A stretch of 56,553 nucleotides of DNA from Minisyncoccota bacterium (GTDB lineage Bacteria > Patescibacteriota > Minisyncoccia > Phycocordibacterales > UBA9973): contig DAONFW010000006.1 in NCBI GenBank assembly GCA_035403785.1, positions 1-56,553 on the forward strand, written 5' to 3'. The notes below the pieces were generated by a model. That model saw nothing but the letters and a program-made list of their open reading frames with translations, did not search any database and had not been told where the DNA came from. The translations under genes and the position numbers were made by a program. Positions 19,039 to 27,616 of the stretch are shown here, piece after piece (position 1 is the first letter of the stretch; every line of letters starts with the position of its first letter).

Positions 19039-20073
19039 ATGCATGATTTAGCTTTATATCGTAAATACAGACCAAGTAGATTTGAAGAAATTTTGGGTCA
19101 GGAACATATTGTTAAAGTTTTAGAAAGTTCAATTAAAAACAACAAAGTTTCGCACGCTTATCTTTTTGTTGGTTCTAGGGGAACAGGTAAAACCTCTATC
19201 GCTAGAATTTTTGCACAAGAGATTGGTATTTCTAATAATGATATATACGAGATAGACGCTGCCTCAAATAGAGGAATAGAAGATATTAGAACTTTGCGTG
19301 ATGGAGTTCGTGCTTTGCCTTTTGATTCAAAATACAAAATTTACATAATAGACGAAGTGCATATGCTTTCAAAAGATGCTTGGGGCGCACTGTTAAAAAC
19401 ACTAGAAGAGCCACCTAAACATGTAATTTTTGTATTAGCAACTACAGAATTTCATAAAGTCCCAGAAACTATCATTTCACGTTGTCAGGTATTTCAGTTT
19501 AAAAAACCGACAGATTTAATTTTAAAAAATCTAGTTTTAGACATTGCAGAAAAAGAAGGTTTTGAAATAGATAGCAGCTCTGCTGAATTAATCGCTTTGC
19601 TTGGTGACGGAGCCTTTCGAGATACATTAGGAGTTTTGCAAAAAGTTTTAAATTTTTCAAAAAGCAAGAAAGTAAAAAGAGAAGAAATAGAAAAAATAAC
19701 TGGCGCACCAAAGAATGTTTTAATAAATGACTTTATTTCATCAATAGTAGAAAAGAAATTAGACGACGGAATTTCTATTATACACAAAGCTTCTGTTGAA
19801 AATTTAGATATGAAATTATTTTTGAAATTAATTATCCAGAAATTTAGAATGGCAATAATTTTGAAATACGCGCCAAAACTTGAAGTTCAAATGGCAGGGG
19901 ATTTATCTGAAAGCGATTTAACTTTTTTAAAAAAGATTATAAAAGAAGACAAAGAAAGTATGCTTCGCTCTCCAGCGCTTACAATTTTACTTGAAGCTTA
20001 TCAAAACATAGAAAGATCTTTTATTGTAGAACTGCCACTCGAGTTAGCTTTGATAAAAATAATTTCTAAATAA
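19039..20073 (+). CDS. dnaX: DNA polymerase III gamma/tau-type clamp-loader subunit (short form)
   Basis: AAA+ motifs (GSRGTGKTS, IIDEVHML, SRC). Only 344 aa, so no tau C-terminal domains. Confidence 0.88.
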   Translation: MHDLALYRKYRPSRFEEILGQEHIVKVLESSIKNNKVSHAYLFVGSRGTGKTSIARIFAQEIGISNNDIYEIDAASNRGIEDIRTLRDGVRALPFDSKYKIYIIDEVHMLSKDAWGALLKTLEEPPKHVIFVLATTEFHKVPETIISRCQVFQFKKPTDLILKNLVLDIAEKEGFEIDSSSAELIALLGDGAFRDTLGVLQKVLNFSKSKKVKREEIEKITGAPKNVLINDFISSIVEKKLDDGISIIHKASVENLDMKLFLKLIIQKFRMAIILKYAPKLEVQMAGDLSESDLTFLKKIIKEDKESMLRSPALTILLEAYQNIERSFIVELPLELALIKIISK

Positions 20074-20106
20074 AAATGCCCGCATTTTTACAAATAATAC
20101 GGGCAT
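20071..20106 (-). terminator. hairpin terminator after the 20107-20448 gene, overlapping the dnaX stop
   Basis: ATGCCCG (20076-20082) / CGGGCAT (20100-20106). The T run is present only on the minus strand. Confidence 0.45.
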
Positions 20107-20448
20107 TTAGTTAAGGCACAAGTTTTCCAGCAAATTTTTTGCTGAAGTTTTAATTAAGGAGCATTCTTTAATTTCTTTTCTAGAGAACTTAATTTGAAAA
20201 TAATTTCCAGAAGTATCTTCTGAAAAGAAAAGTTTTTTGGGAACATTTATTACTACATATTCCGAGTCTTCCTTAAAAAAAGCACCAGTGATTATTGGAA
20301 GATTTTTCCACTCATCTTTGGAATTATATAATTCGTCGGGAAATTGAGGAAAGAAAATATTAATTCCTCCTGCTGAGTTTTTCTTCCAATAAAAATTGGG
20401 AACATCGAGTCTTACTCGTGTTCCAACGGCAAGCATCAATGTTTTCAT
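20107..20448 (-). CDS. hypothetical protein
   Basis: 113-aa ORF with no recognisable motif, bounded by a hairpin terminator and an inverted-repeat-containing upstream region. Confidence 0.45.
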   Translation of the reverse strand: MKTLMLAVGTRVRLDVPNFYWKKNSAGGINIFFPQFPDELYNSKDEWKNLPIITGAFFKEDSEYVVINVPKKLFFSEDTSGNYFQIKFSRKEIKECSLIKTSAKNLLENLCLN

Positions 20449-20632
20449 TTTTTAAAATTTATTGGTGGTCCAAAAAGACTTAAACCTTCTTAGATCACCA
20501 ATAAAAATCTTTATTAAAGAACCCTATGTTCTTAGACTAGCATACTAATTTGACTTTGTCAAATTGGGTTTTCAACAGTTTTTGACTAAACCTTTAGTTT
20601 TCAATGAAAAAATAAGTTATTATATATACAAT

Positions 20633-22108
20633 ATGAAAAATATGAAGAGAATCTCTTTTTATATATCAGCTATTGTCATTTTGGGTGCGGTTCTTGTTTC
20701 TGTTTGGGTTTATCAAAAATATTTTAAAAAAGACAATGTCGGCTTTTTGTATTTCAATGTTGAAAAGGGTGATATTCAAGAATTAGTAAAAGCTCGGGGT
20801 GAAATAGTATCAGAAAAAAATTTTGATTTAAGTTTTCCTTTTTCTGGAAAAGTTAGCAATATTTTTGTAAAAGAAGGACAGACAATAAGTCAAAATGATT
20901 CTTTAATAGAATTGGAAACAACGGATTTTCGATTAGAACTTCAAAAACTTCAAGGACAACTAAAACAAGCAGAAGCAGAATTATTAATTAAAAAAGCAGA
21001 AGCGGGAAATACTGAGAATATTCTTAATACAGTTACTCAACAACAAGAAGCTTTAGTTACAAGTGCATACAGTAAATTGCTTTCAGAAGGACTGGAAGCT
21101 GAGCCAGAAGAAGAAAATTATGAAGTTACAAACCCAGTGATTACAGGAAATTACAAAGGAATACCAGGGACTTATAGATTTAGAGTAGACAAAAAATATA
21201 CTTCAAGTACAGAAATTTTCTTGTATGTTTTCGGAATAGAAAAAATAGATCCAATTGAAATTAAAAAAACTGGGCCAACAGCTTTGGGTACAAAAGGACT
21301 TTATGTGTCTTTTTCAGATGATTTAGAATCTTATGTAGATAAGAGTTGGACTGTAACTATTCCGAATACTGAAAGTAGTGTTTATTCTGTTAATTACAAT
21401 GCATACCAACAAGCTTTAGCTGAAAAAGTTCGAGCTATTGAAGAAGCTAAATCAAATTTGGCAAATCAAACAACGGGAATTTCTATTGCTGACGCAAAAA
21501 TCCTTCAAGCTGAGTCAGAAATCAGAAATTACAAATCGCAAATCGCGCTTATCGAAGAAAAAATAAAAAAATCTACTCTGTATGCTCCTATTGATGCAAA
21601 AGTTACAAAAATATTTTTAGAAAAAGGGGAACAAGCTACACAAGATCAAATAGTGATTGCATTGGGCACTTCCGGTTTTAAAATTCAGACTGATATCTCA
21701 GAATTAGAGATAGTGAAAATTAAAGAAACGGCAGGAAATTCAGTTATTGCAAAATTGGATGCTTTTCCAGACACTGAAATTAAAGGAAAAGTTTTTTCTA
21801 TTGAACCAAAAGAAATAATAAAAGAAGGTGATAAATATTATCGAGTAAATATAAACATAGAGCCGAATTCTTTAGAAATTCGTTCTGGTATGAGCGCGGA
21901 TCTTTCAATTTTTGTTTCTGCCAAACAGAGTGTTCTTAAAATTCCAGAACTTGCGATTAATAAAAAAGAGGGCAAAAGTTTTGTAAATATACTTGAAGGA
22001 AAAGAGCAGAAAGAAGTAGAAATAAAAACAGGGATTTCCGATGGTGAGTTTATAGAAGTTGCTGAAGGATTAACCGAAGGACAGACAGTTGTTGTTTCTG
22101 CTGACTAA
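20633..22108 (+). CDS. HlyD-family periplasmic adaptor (MacA/YknX-like)
   Basis: N-terminal TM helix, a lipoyl-like segment, a long coiled-coil (LELQKLQGQLKQAEAELLIKKAEA) and a beta-barrel C-terminus. A TACAAT -10 lies immediately before the ATG pair. Confidence 0.8.
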   Translation: MKNMKRISFYISAIVILGAVLVSVWVYQKYFKKDNVGFLYFNVEKGDIQELVKARGEIVSEKNFDLSFPFSGKVSNIFVKEGQTISQNDSLIELETTDFRLELQKLQGQLKQAEAELLIKKAEAGNTENILNTVTQQQEALVTSAYSKLLSEGLEAEPEEENYEVTNPVITGNYKGIPGTYRFRVDKKYTSSTEIFLYVFGIEKIDPIEIKKTGPTALGTKGLYVSFSDDLESYVDKSWTVTIPNTESSVYSVNYNAYQQALAEKVRAIEEAKSNLANQTTGISIADAKILQAESEIRNYKSQIALIEEKIKKSTLYAPIDAKVTKIFLEKGEQATQDQIVIALGTSGFKIQTDISELEIVKIKETAGNSVIAKLDAFPDTEIKGKVFSIEPKEIIKEGDKYYRVNINIEPNSLEIRSGMSADLSIFVSAKQSVLKIPELAINKKEGKSFVNILEGKEQKEVEIKTGISDGEFIEVAEGLTEGQTVVVSAD

Positions 22109-22117
22109 TTTTTATTT

Positions 22118-22981
22118 ATGGAAAAAGAAAATAAAAAACAAAAAATTGATCCAATCTGTGGAATGGATGTTACAGATTTTTCTGATAGTCCAGAGGCAAT
22201 TCATAACAATAAAAAATTTTATTTTTGTAGCAATTTTTGTCACGATAGATTTAAAAGGAATCCAGAAAAATTTTCAAAAGAACCTCTTGTAAAAATTTCC
22301 AATGTTTGGAAAATTTTTAGTCCTGATCACACAAAAACTGAAGTTTTAAAAGGATTAAATCTTCATATTTGGGAAGGGGATTTTGTTGTTGTTATCGGGC
22401 CATCTGGTTCTGGAAAAAGCACTACTTTGAATATTGTAGGCTTGCTCGATAAACCAACTTCTGGACATATTTATTTAAAAGGTAAAAATATTTCTACACT
22501 TGATGATAACGAAAGAGCAAAAATGCGCTCTAAAACTTTCGGTTTTGTTTTTCAACAATATAATTTAATTCCTTGGTTGACTGCTTACGAAAATGCAACT
22601 TTACCGCTTATTTTTTCAACAAAAAAAGCTAGCAAAAAGAAAAATTTAGAGCATCTTTTCGATGAAATAGGGCTAAAAGAAAGGTTGGATCATTTTCCAT
22701 CAGAGCTTTCTGGAGGAGAACAGCAACGAACGGCTTTGCTTAGAGCTTTAGCAAATGATCCAGATATTCTTTTAGGAGATGAACCGACAGGAAACTTAGA
22801 CTCAGTAACAGGAAAAAAAATTCTTGATCTTTTAATTGATTTACACAAAGTTCACAAAAAAACTCTTTTGATAGTAACGCATGATATGGATATTGCTGAA
22901 TTAGCTGATCAAGTAATAACTTTTAAAGATGGTCGTATAATTCGAAACCATGAGACTCATAAAAAAGCTTATGTAAAATAG
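22118..22981 (+). CDS. ABC transporter ATP-binding protein (MacB/LolD-type) with N-terminal YHS domain
   Basis: Residues ~10-55 match the YHS pattern (IDPICGMDV...KKFYFCSNFCHDRFKRNPEKF). These are followed by Walker A GPSGSGKST, signature LSGGEQQR and Walker B ILLGDEPT. Confidence 0.88.
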   Translation: MEKENKKQKIDPICGMDVTDFSDSPEAIHNNKKFYFCSNFCHDRFKRNPEKFSKEPLVKISNVWKIFSPDHTKTEVLKGLNLHIWEGDFVVVIGPSGSGKSTTLNIVGLLDKPTSGHIYLKGKNISTLDDNERAKMRSKTFGFVFQQYNLIPWLTAYENATLPLIFSTKKASKKKNLEHLFDEIGLKERLDHFPSELSGGEQQRTALLRALANDPDILLGDEPTGNLDSVTGKKILDLLIDLHKVHKKTLLIVTHDMDIAELADQVITFKDGRIIRNHETHKKAYVK

Positions 22982-22991
22982 TAATAATAAA

Positions 22992-24197
22992 ATGCTGAAA
23001 AATTTTTTATTTTTAAATTTAAAAAGTATTAGATATCGTCCAGTGAGAAGTTGGCTGACTATTATTGGTATTGTTATTGGAATAATGCTTGTGGTAGTGA
23101 TTTTAGCTTTGGGAAATGGTATTCAAAATACAGTCAAAAGCACTTTACAGATGTTCGGATCTAATTTAATTGTAGTTATGCCAGGAAAAGAAACAAATCC
23201 GTTAACGAGTTTTTTTGGCGGAGAAAGATTTAGAGAAAAAGATTTAGTCGCCCTAGAAAAAATTCCAGGAGTAAAATTTGTTGCGTTAGAAGATATTGCA
23301 ACCATGAACATAGAATTTGACGGAGAAAAAAAATCTACTTTAATTCATTCTGTTCAGTGGACATGGATGAGAGAACTCCTCGAAGAATCTGAGGGTATAA
23401 AACTAGAACAGGGATATTGGCCTCAAGACTTGAACGCTAGTGAAGTAATTTTGGGAAACAAAATAGCAAGTAGTCTTTTTAAAAATCCAGTGAAAGTTGG
23501 CGAAGATATCATAATAAAAGGCAAAAGAATGAAAGTTGCTGGTATTCTTTCTCCAATTGGAGAGCAGATGTCTGATAATATTATTTTTATGCCACAGTCT
23601 ATTTTTCAGAGTTTAACCGGGAAAAGATCTGTTGCTATGTCGGCTGACGTAAAAGTTTTACCAGGCGCAGATATTAATCTAATAGCAAAACAGGTAAAAT
23701 TTGAACTTTCCAAACAAGATGTAGTTAGAGATTTTTCTGTGCTTACTCCTGAAAAAACAGAAAGAATTGCCGGCAATGTTCTCTCGATTATTGAATTAGT
23801 TTTAGTTTTTATTGCTTTGATTTCTCTAATAGTCGGCGCTGTTGGAATCATGAACACAATGTATACTTCTGTTTTGGAAAGAACTAAACAAATTGGAATA
23901 ATGAAAGCGATCGGCGCTACAAATGACGATGTTTTGTCTTTGTTCTTATTAGAATCTGGAATAATAGGTTTAGTGGGTGGAATTCTCGGAATTATCTTAG
24001 GAATTGGCGTTGCTTATCTAATAGGTTTATACGGTAATAGTGCGGGAATTAAAGGATTATTTTCTTTTGCTTCTTTAGATTATTTTGGTCTTTTTGTAAT
24101 TCTATTTCTTACTTTTGTGATTGGAGTTGTTTCTGGTCTCATGCCAGCAAAAAGAGCATCCAAAATGGAGCCAGCTGACGCTTTGAGATATGAATAA
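22992..24197 (+). CDS. ABC transporter permease, MacB/FtsX type
   Basis: TM1, a large extracytoplasmic domain of ~220 aa, then three C-terminal TM helices (FtsX-like). Confidence 0.85.
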   Translation: MLKNFLFLNLKSIRYRPVRSWLTIIGIVIGIMLVVVILALGNGIQNTVKSTLQMFGSNLIVVMPGKETNPLTSFFGGERFREKDLVALEKIPGVKFVALEDIATMNIEFDGEKKSTLIHSVQWTWMRELLEESEGIKLEQGYWPQDLNASEVILGNKIASSLFKNPVKVGEDIIIKGKRMKVAGILSPIGEQMSDNIIFMPQSIFQSLTGKRSVAMSADVKVLPGADINLIAKQVKFELSKQDVVRDFSVLTPEKTERIAGNVLSIIELVLVFIALISLIVGAVGIMNTMYTSVLERTKQIGIMKAIGATNDDVLSLFLLESGIIGLVGGILGIILGIGVAYLIGLYGNSAGIKGLFSFASLDYFGLFVILFLTFVIGVVSGLMPAKRASKMEPADALRYE

Positions 24198-24206
24198 ATT
24201 TTAAAT

Positions 24207-25304
24207 TTATTTTTTCACATCACTTAACAATATTGGTTCTGTTTCTGTTGGTAGAACTTTAAATAGCAAATGTCCAATTGTTTGTCCTAATTCTGTTTTT
24301 ATATTTACTCGCCACTTTCCGTAATTCAAATTTGTTCGCATAGAATAAGTACGGAACCCACCGTCACGTCCGCCTATCACTGGCAACCTAACTGTCACAT
24401 CTGTTATCCATTTTTTCTCTGTTTCAGAATAATATTGCCATTCATGAAGAATAGTAAGATTCAAATCTTTAGGTGAAAAAATTGCGCTGTAAACATAAAC
24501 TGGCGCGTTTGGTGTCTTTCTGTATTCTCTATATAGCTTAAAATAACTTTTCCAATCTTGATCTTCGTAAGTAACATCATAATTTCCTGAGCTATTTTTA
24601 TGAATAGAATGATAAACATCTGCGTCTTTGAGGGATAGTGGAATCGGGGGAATCAAGTTAGTAAAATACAAAAAATTAATTACAAGAAACATTCCTGAAA
24701 CCAAAAGAAAAGTCATTCGTTTACTCTTTTTTAACTTACTTCTGTCTTTTTTAAAATAAAACAGAATCAAAACAAAGAAAAAAATAAAAATTAAACTTAA
24801 TAATCCAGACAAAAGAAAAATTTTAGTCCCAATTTTATGTAAAACTACGGGCACTAAAAAAATAGCAAAAGAATAAACCGAAAGGAAAAATAAACTTATT
24901 TGAAAACTTAATCTAATATACTGGCGTTTGAGAGATTCGTTTGCAATAAAAGCTAAAGCCAAAAGAAGTACAAAGGGCCAAGTAACGAAAATATCAGCGC
25001 TTCTAAAATAAAAAACTAAATATGTAGAAAGAAGACCTCCGAAAAAGAATTGTAAAATGTTTACATACCAAAAATGAGCTTTGCTTGGATCTTTCGCGTC
25101 GTTAGGCTTTACTTCTTTTACGTGAATAAGAATTATAAACAGACCAACTATCAGTATATGTCCGAAAATCCAAAGGTTTTCCCAAAAGGTGTCCACTCGT
25201 TTTAAAGTAATCGCATCAAAAACGAACCCGCCAATCAAAGATAGAGATGAAACCGGTCTTTCAAAACGCTTATACCAATTTTGAGCTTTTTTTATTAACT
25301 TCAT
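24207..25304 (-). CDS. multi-pass membrane protein with DUF2914-like C-terminal domain
   Basis: About 7 hydrophobic helices, then a soluble tail with the GGRDGGFRTYS...GKWRVNIKTELGQTIG pattern that I associate with DUF2914. Confidence 0.55.
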   Translation of the reverse strand: MKLIKKAQNWYKRFERPVSSLSLIGGFVFDAITLKRVDTFWENLWIFGHILIVGLFIILIHVKEVKPNDAKDPSKAHFWYVNILQFFFGGLLSTYLVFYFRSADIFVTWPFVLLLALAFIANESLKRQYIRLSFQISLFFLSVYSFAIFLVPVVLHKIGTKIFLLSGLLSLIFIFFFVLILFYFKKDRSKLKKSKRMTFLLVSGMFLVINFLYFTNLIPPIPLSLKDADVYHSIHKNSSGNYDVTYEDQDWKSYFKLYREYRKTPNAPVYVYSAIFSPKDLNLTILHEWQYYSETEKKWITDVTVRLPVIGGRDGGFRTYSMRTNLNYGKWRVNIKTELGQTIGHLLFKVLPTETEPILLSDVKK

Positions 25305-25386
25305 TTTTATTATATAAATTATAGTTGTTATTCAAATTATAGCAAAAAAATTCCTTTTTTCTTAAAATGTACTATATTATATAAAC

Positions 25387-27492
25387 ATGGAAAAAAGTAT
25401 TTTCAAGCTTAAGAGCGAATATAAACCAGCCGGGGATCAACCCAAGGCTATTTCTGAGTTAGTAAAGGGCCTGAAGAAAAATATGCACAAACAGACATTA
25501 CTCGGCGCTACTGGAACTGGAAAAACTTTTACTATGGCAAATGTCATTAAACAGCACAATAAGCCAACTTTAGTAATCGCACATAACAAGACTCTAGCCG
25601 CACAACTCGCTCAAGAATTCAAAGAATTTTTTCCGGAAGCGGCCGTGCATTATTTTGTTTCTTATTATGATTACTATCAGCCGGAAGCTTATTTGCCAGT
25701 TACTGATACTTATATAGAAAAAGACGCGCAAATAAACAAAGAAATAGACAGATTGCGTCATGCCTCTACTCAATCTCTGCTTACCAGAAAAGACGTAATA
25801 ATAGTAGCATCAGTTTCGTGTATTTATGGTTTGGGTTCACCAGAAGAATATGAAAAAGTTAATTTGACTTTGCAAGTTGGAGAAAAAAACGACCGCACAA
25901 GTTTAATGCGCAAATTGATTAATATTCATTTTGAAAGAACTAATGCTGATATTAATCCTGGTCAGTTTAGATCTATTGGTCAAAAAGTTGAAATCATGCC
26001 AATTTCCGAAACTTTTGTTTATCAAATAGAATTTGCGAATAATAAAATTTCTAGCATTTCAAAAGTTGATCCTGTTTCTTCAAAAGTTTTATCTAAAGAA
26101 AAAAATATTTTTCTATTTCCAGCTAAACATTTTATTACTGATGATTTAAAAGTAGAAAAAGCAGTAAAAACTATTCAGAGCGAACTGACTGCGCAACTTA
26201 AAAAATTTGAAAAAGAAGGTAAGTTACTAGAAGCGGAAAGATTAAAAAGACGCACAAATTATGATTTGGCTATGATTCGAGAAATCGGCTATTGTAACGG
26301 CATAGAAAACTACTCACGACATTTTTCTGGTAAAAAGGCAGGTGAGCCACCGGAGACTTTGCTTTCATATTTTCCAAAAGACTTTTTGACTATTATTGAT
26401 GAATCACATGTTACTTTGCCACAGATTGCCGGAATGTACGCTGGTGACGCTTCTAGAAAGAACACTCTGATCGAATACGGTTTTCGTTTACCTAGTGCAA
26501 AAGACAACAGACCGCTTAAGATTTCAGAATTTGAGGAAAAAGTTAAGCAAGTTATCTACACATCTGCCACACCTGGTGAGCAAGAGAAGAAAGAAAGTGC
26601 ACAGATAGTTGAACAAATTATTAGACCAACTGGATTAATAGATCCAGAAATTTTGGTACGCCCAGTTGCTGCAAAGAAAGAATTCCCAGGCCAAGTTCAA
26701 GATTTTATTTCAGAATCTGAGAAAACTATAAAAAAGGGTTTCCGTGTTTTGGCTACAACTTTGACCAAAAAGATGGCAGAAGATCTAGCACAGTATTTGA
26801 AAGACAAAAATATAAAAGCAGAATATTTGCATAGTGAAATTAAAACAATAGAACGCATTCAGATAATTACTAAATTTAGAAAAGGTGAAATAGATATTCT
26901 TGTTGGCGTGAACTTACTTCGTGAAGGATTAGATTTGCCGGAAGTTGCGCTTATTGGAATTTTAGATGCTGACAAAGAAGGATTTTTGCGATCTGAGACA
27001 GCTTTGATACAGACTATCGGCCGTGCAGCTAGAAATGTAGAAGGAAAAGTAATTCTTTATGCTGATGTACTAACCGGCTCGCTCAAGAATGCTATTAATG
27101 AAACAAATAGACGTAGAGCTATTCAGATTGCTTATAACAAAAAGCATAAAATTACACCAAAAACTATTATCAAAAAAATCAAAGACATCACAGAAGAGTT
27201 AGAAAACAAGCATGAAAAAGCGGTAAAATCTGAGCTTGATCTTGATATAGAATTATTTAAAAAGACTTTCACGAAAAGTAAAAGTAATAAAAATAAAACA
27301 GAAAGCGCATCTATAAAAAATCTAATGCTTTCTGACGAAGAAAGAAATAAATTAGTTTTTGAAAAAATAATTAAAATGAAAGAAAAAGAAATGAATAGGG
27401 CAGTGAAAGAACTTGATTTTGAAACTGCAGCTATTTTGAGAGATGAAATTTTTGAACTGAAAGAAAAGTTGGAAAATAAAAAGAATAACTAG
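25387..27492 (+). CDS. uvrB: excinuclease ABC subunit B
   Basis: Helicase motifs (GATGTGKT, DESH), a beta-hairpin region and a C-terminal UVR domain (FETAAILRDEIFELK). Confidence 0.96.
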   Translation: MEKSIFKLKSEYKPAGDQPKAISELVKGLKKNMHKQTLLGATGTGKTFTMANVIKQHNKPTLVIAHNKTLAAQLAQEFKEFFPEAAVHYFVSYYDYYQPEAYLPVTDTYIEKDAQINKEIDRLRHASTQSLLTRKDVIIVASVSCIYGLGSPEEYEKVNLTLQVGEKNDRTSLMRKLINIHFERTNADINPGQFRSIGQKVEIMPISETFVYQIEFANNKISSISKVDPVSSKVLSKEKNIFLFPAKHFITDDLKVEKAVKTIQSELTAQLKKFEKEGKLLEAERLKRRTNYDLAMIREIGYCNGIENYSRHFSGKKAGEPPETLLSYFPKDFLTIIDESHVTLPQIAGMYAGDASRKNTLIEYGFRLPSAKDNRPLKISEFEEKVKQVIYTSATPGEQEKKESAQIVEQIIRPTGLIDPEILVRPVAAKKEFPGQVQDFISESEKTIKKGFRVLATTLTKKMAEDLAQYLKDKNIKAEYLHSEIKTIERIQIITKFRKGEIDILVGVNLLREGLDLPEVALIGILDADKEGFLRSETALIQTIGRAARNVEGKVILYADVLTGSLKNAINETNRRRAIQIAYNKKHKITPKTIIKKIKDITEELENKHEKAVKSELDLDIELFKKTFTKSKSNKNKTESASIKNLMLSDEERNKLVFEKIIKMKEKEMNRAVKELDFETAAILRDEIFELKEKLENKKNN

Positions 27493-27518
27493 AAAAAATA
27501 AGTAGTATTAAAAATGCT

Positions 27519-27547
27519 TTGCCAAAATTTGACAGGTGTGTTATAAT
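27519..27547 (+). promoter_or_regulatory. sigma-70-type promoter for uvrA
   Basis: TTGCCA (27519-27524), a 17-nt spacer, then TGTTATAAT (hexamer 27542-27547). It gives a ~65-nt leader, unlike most genes here. Confidence 0.6.
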
Positions 27548-27616
27548 GCTAATAACTTAATATCGATATACACCCCAATAGAGGAAGACGGGGTGTTATT
27601 GTGTTATGAAAAAGAT

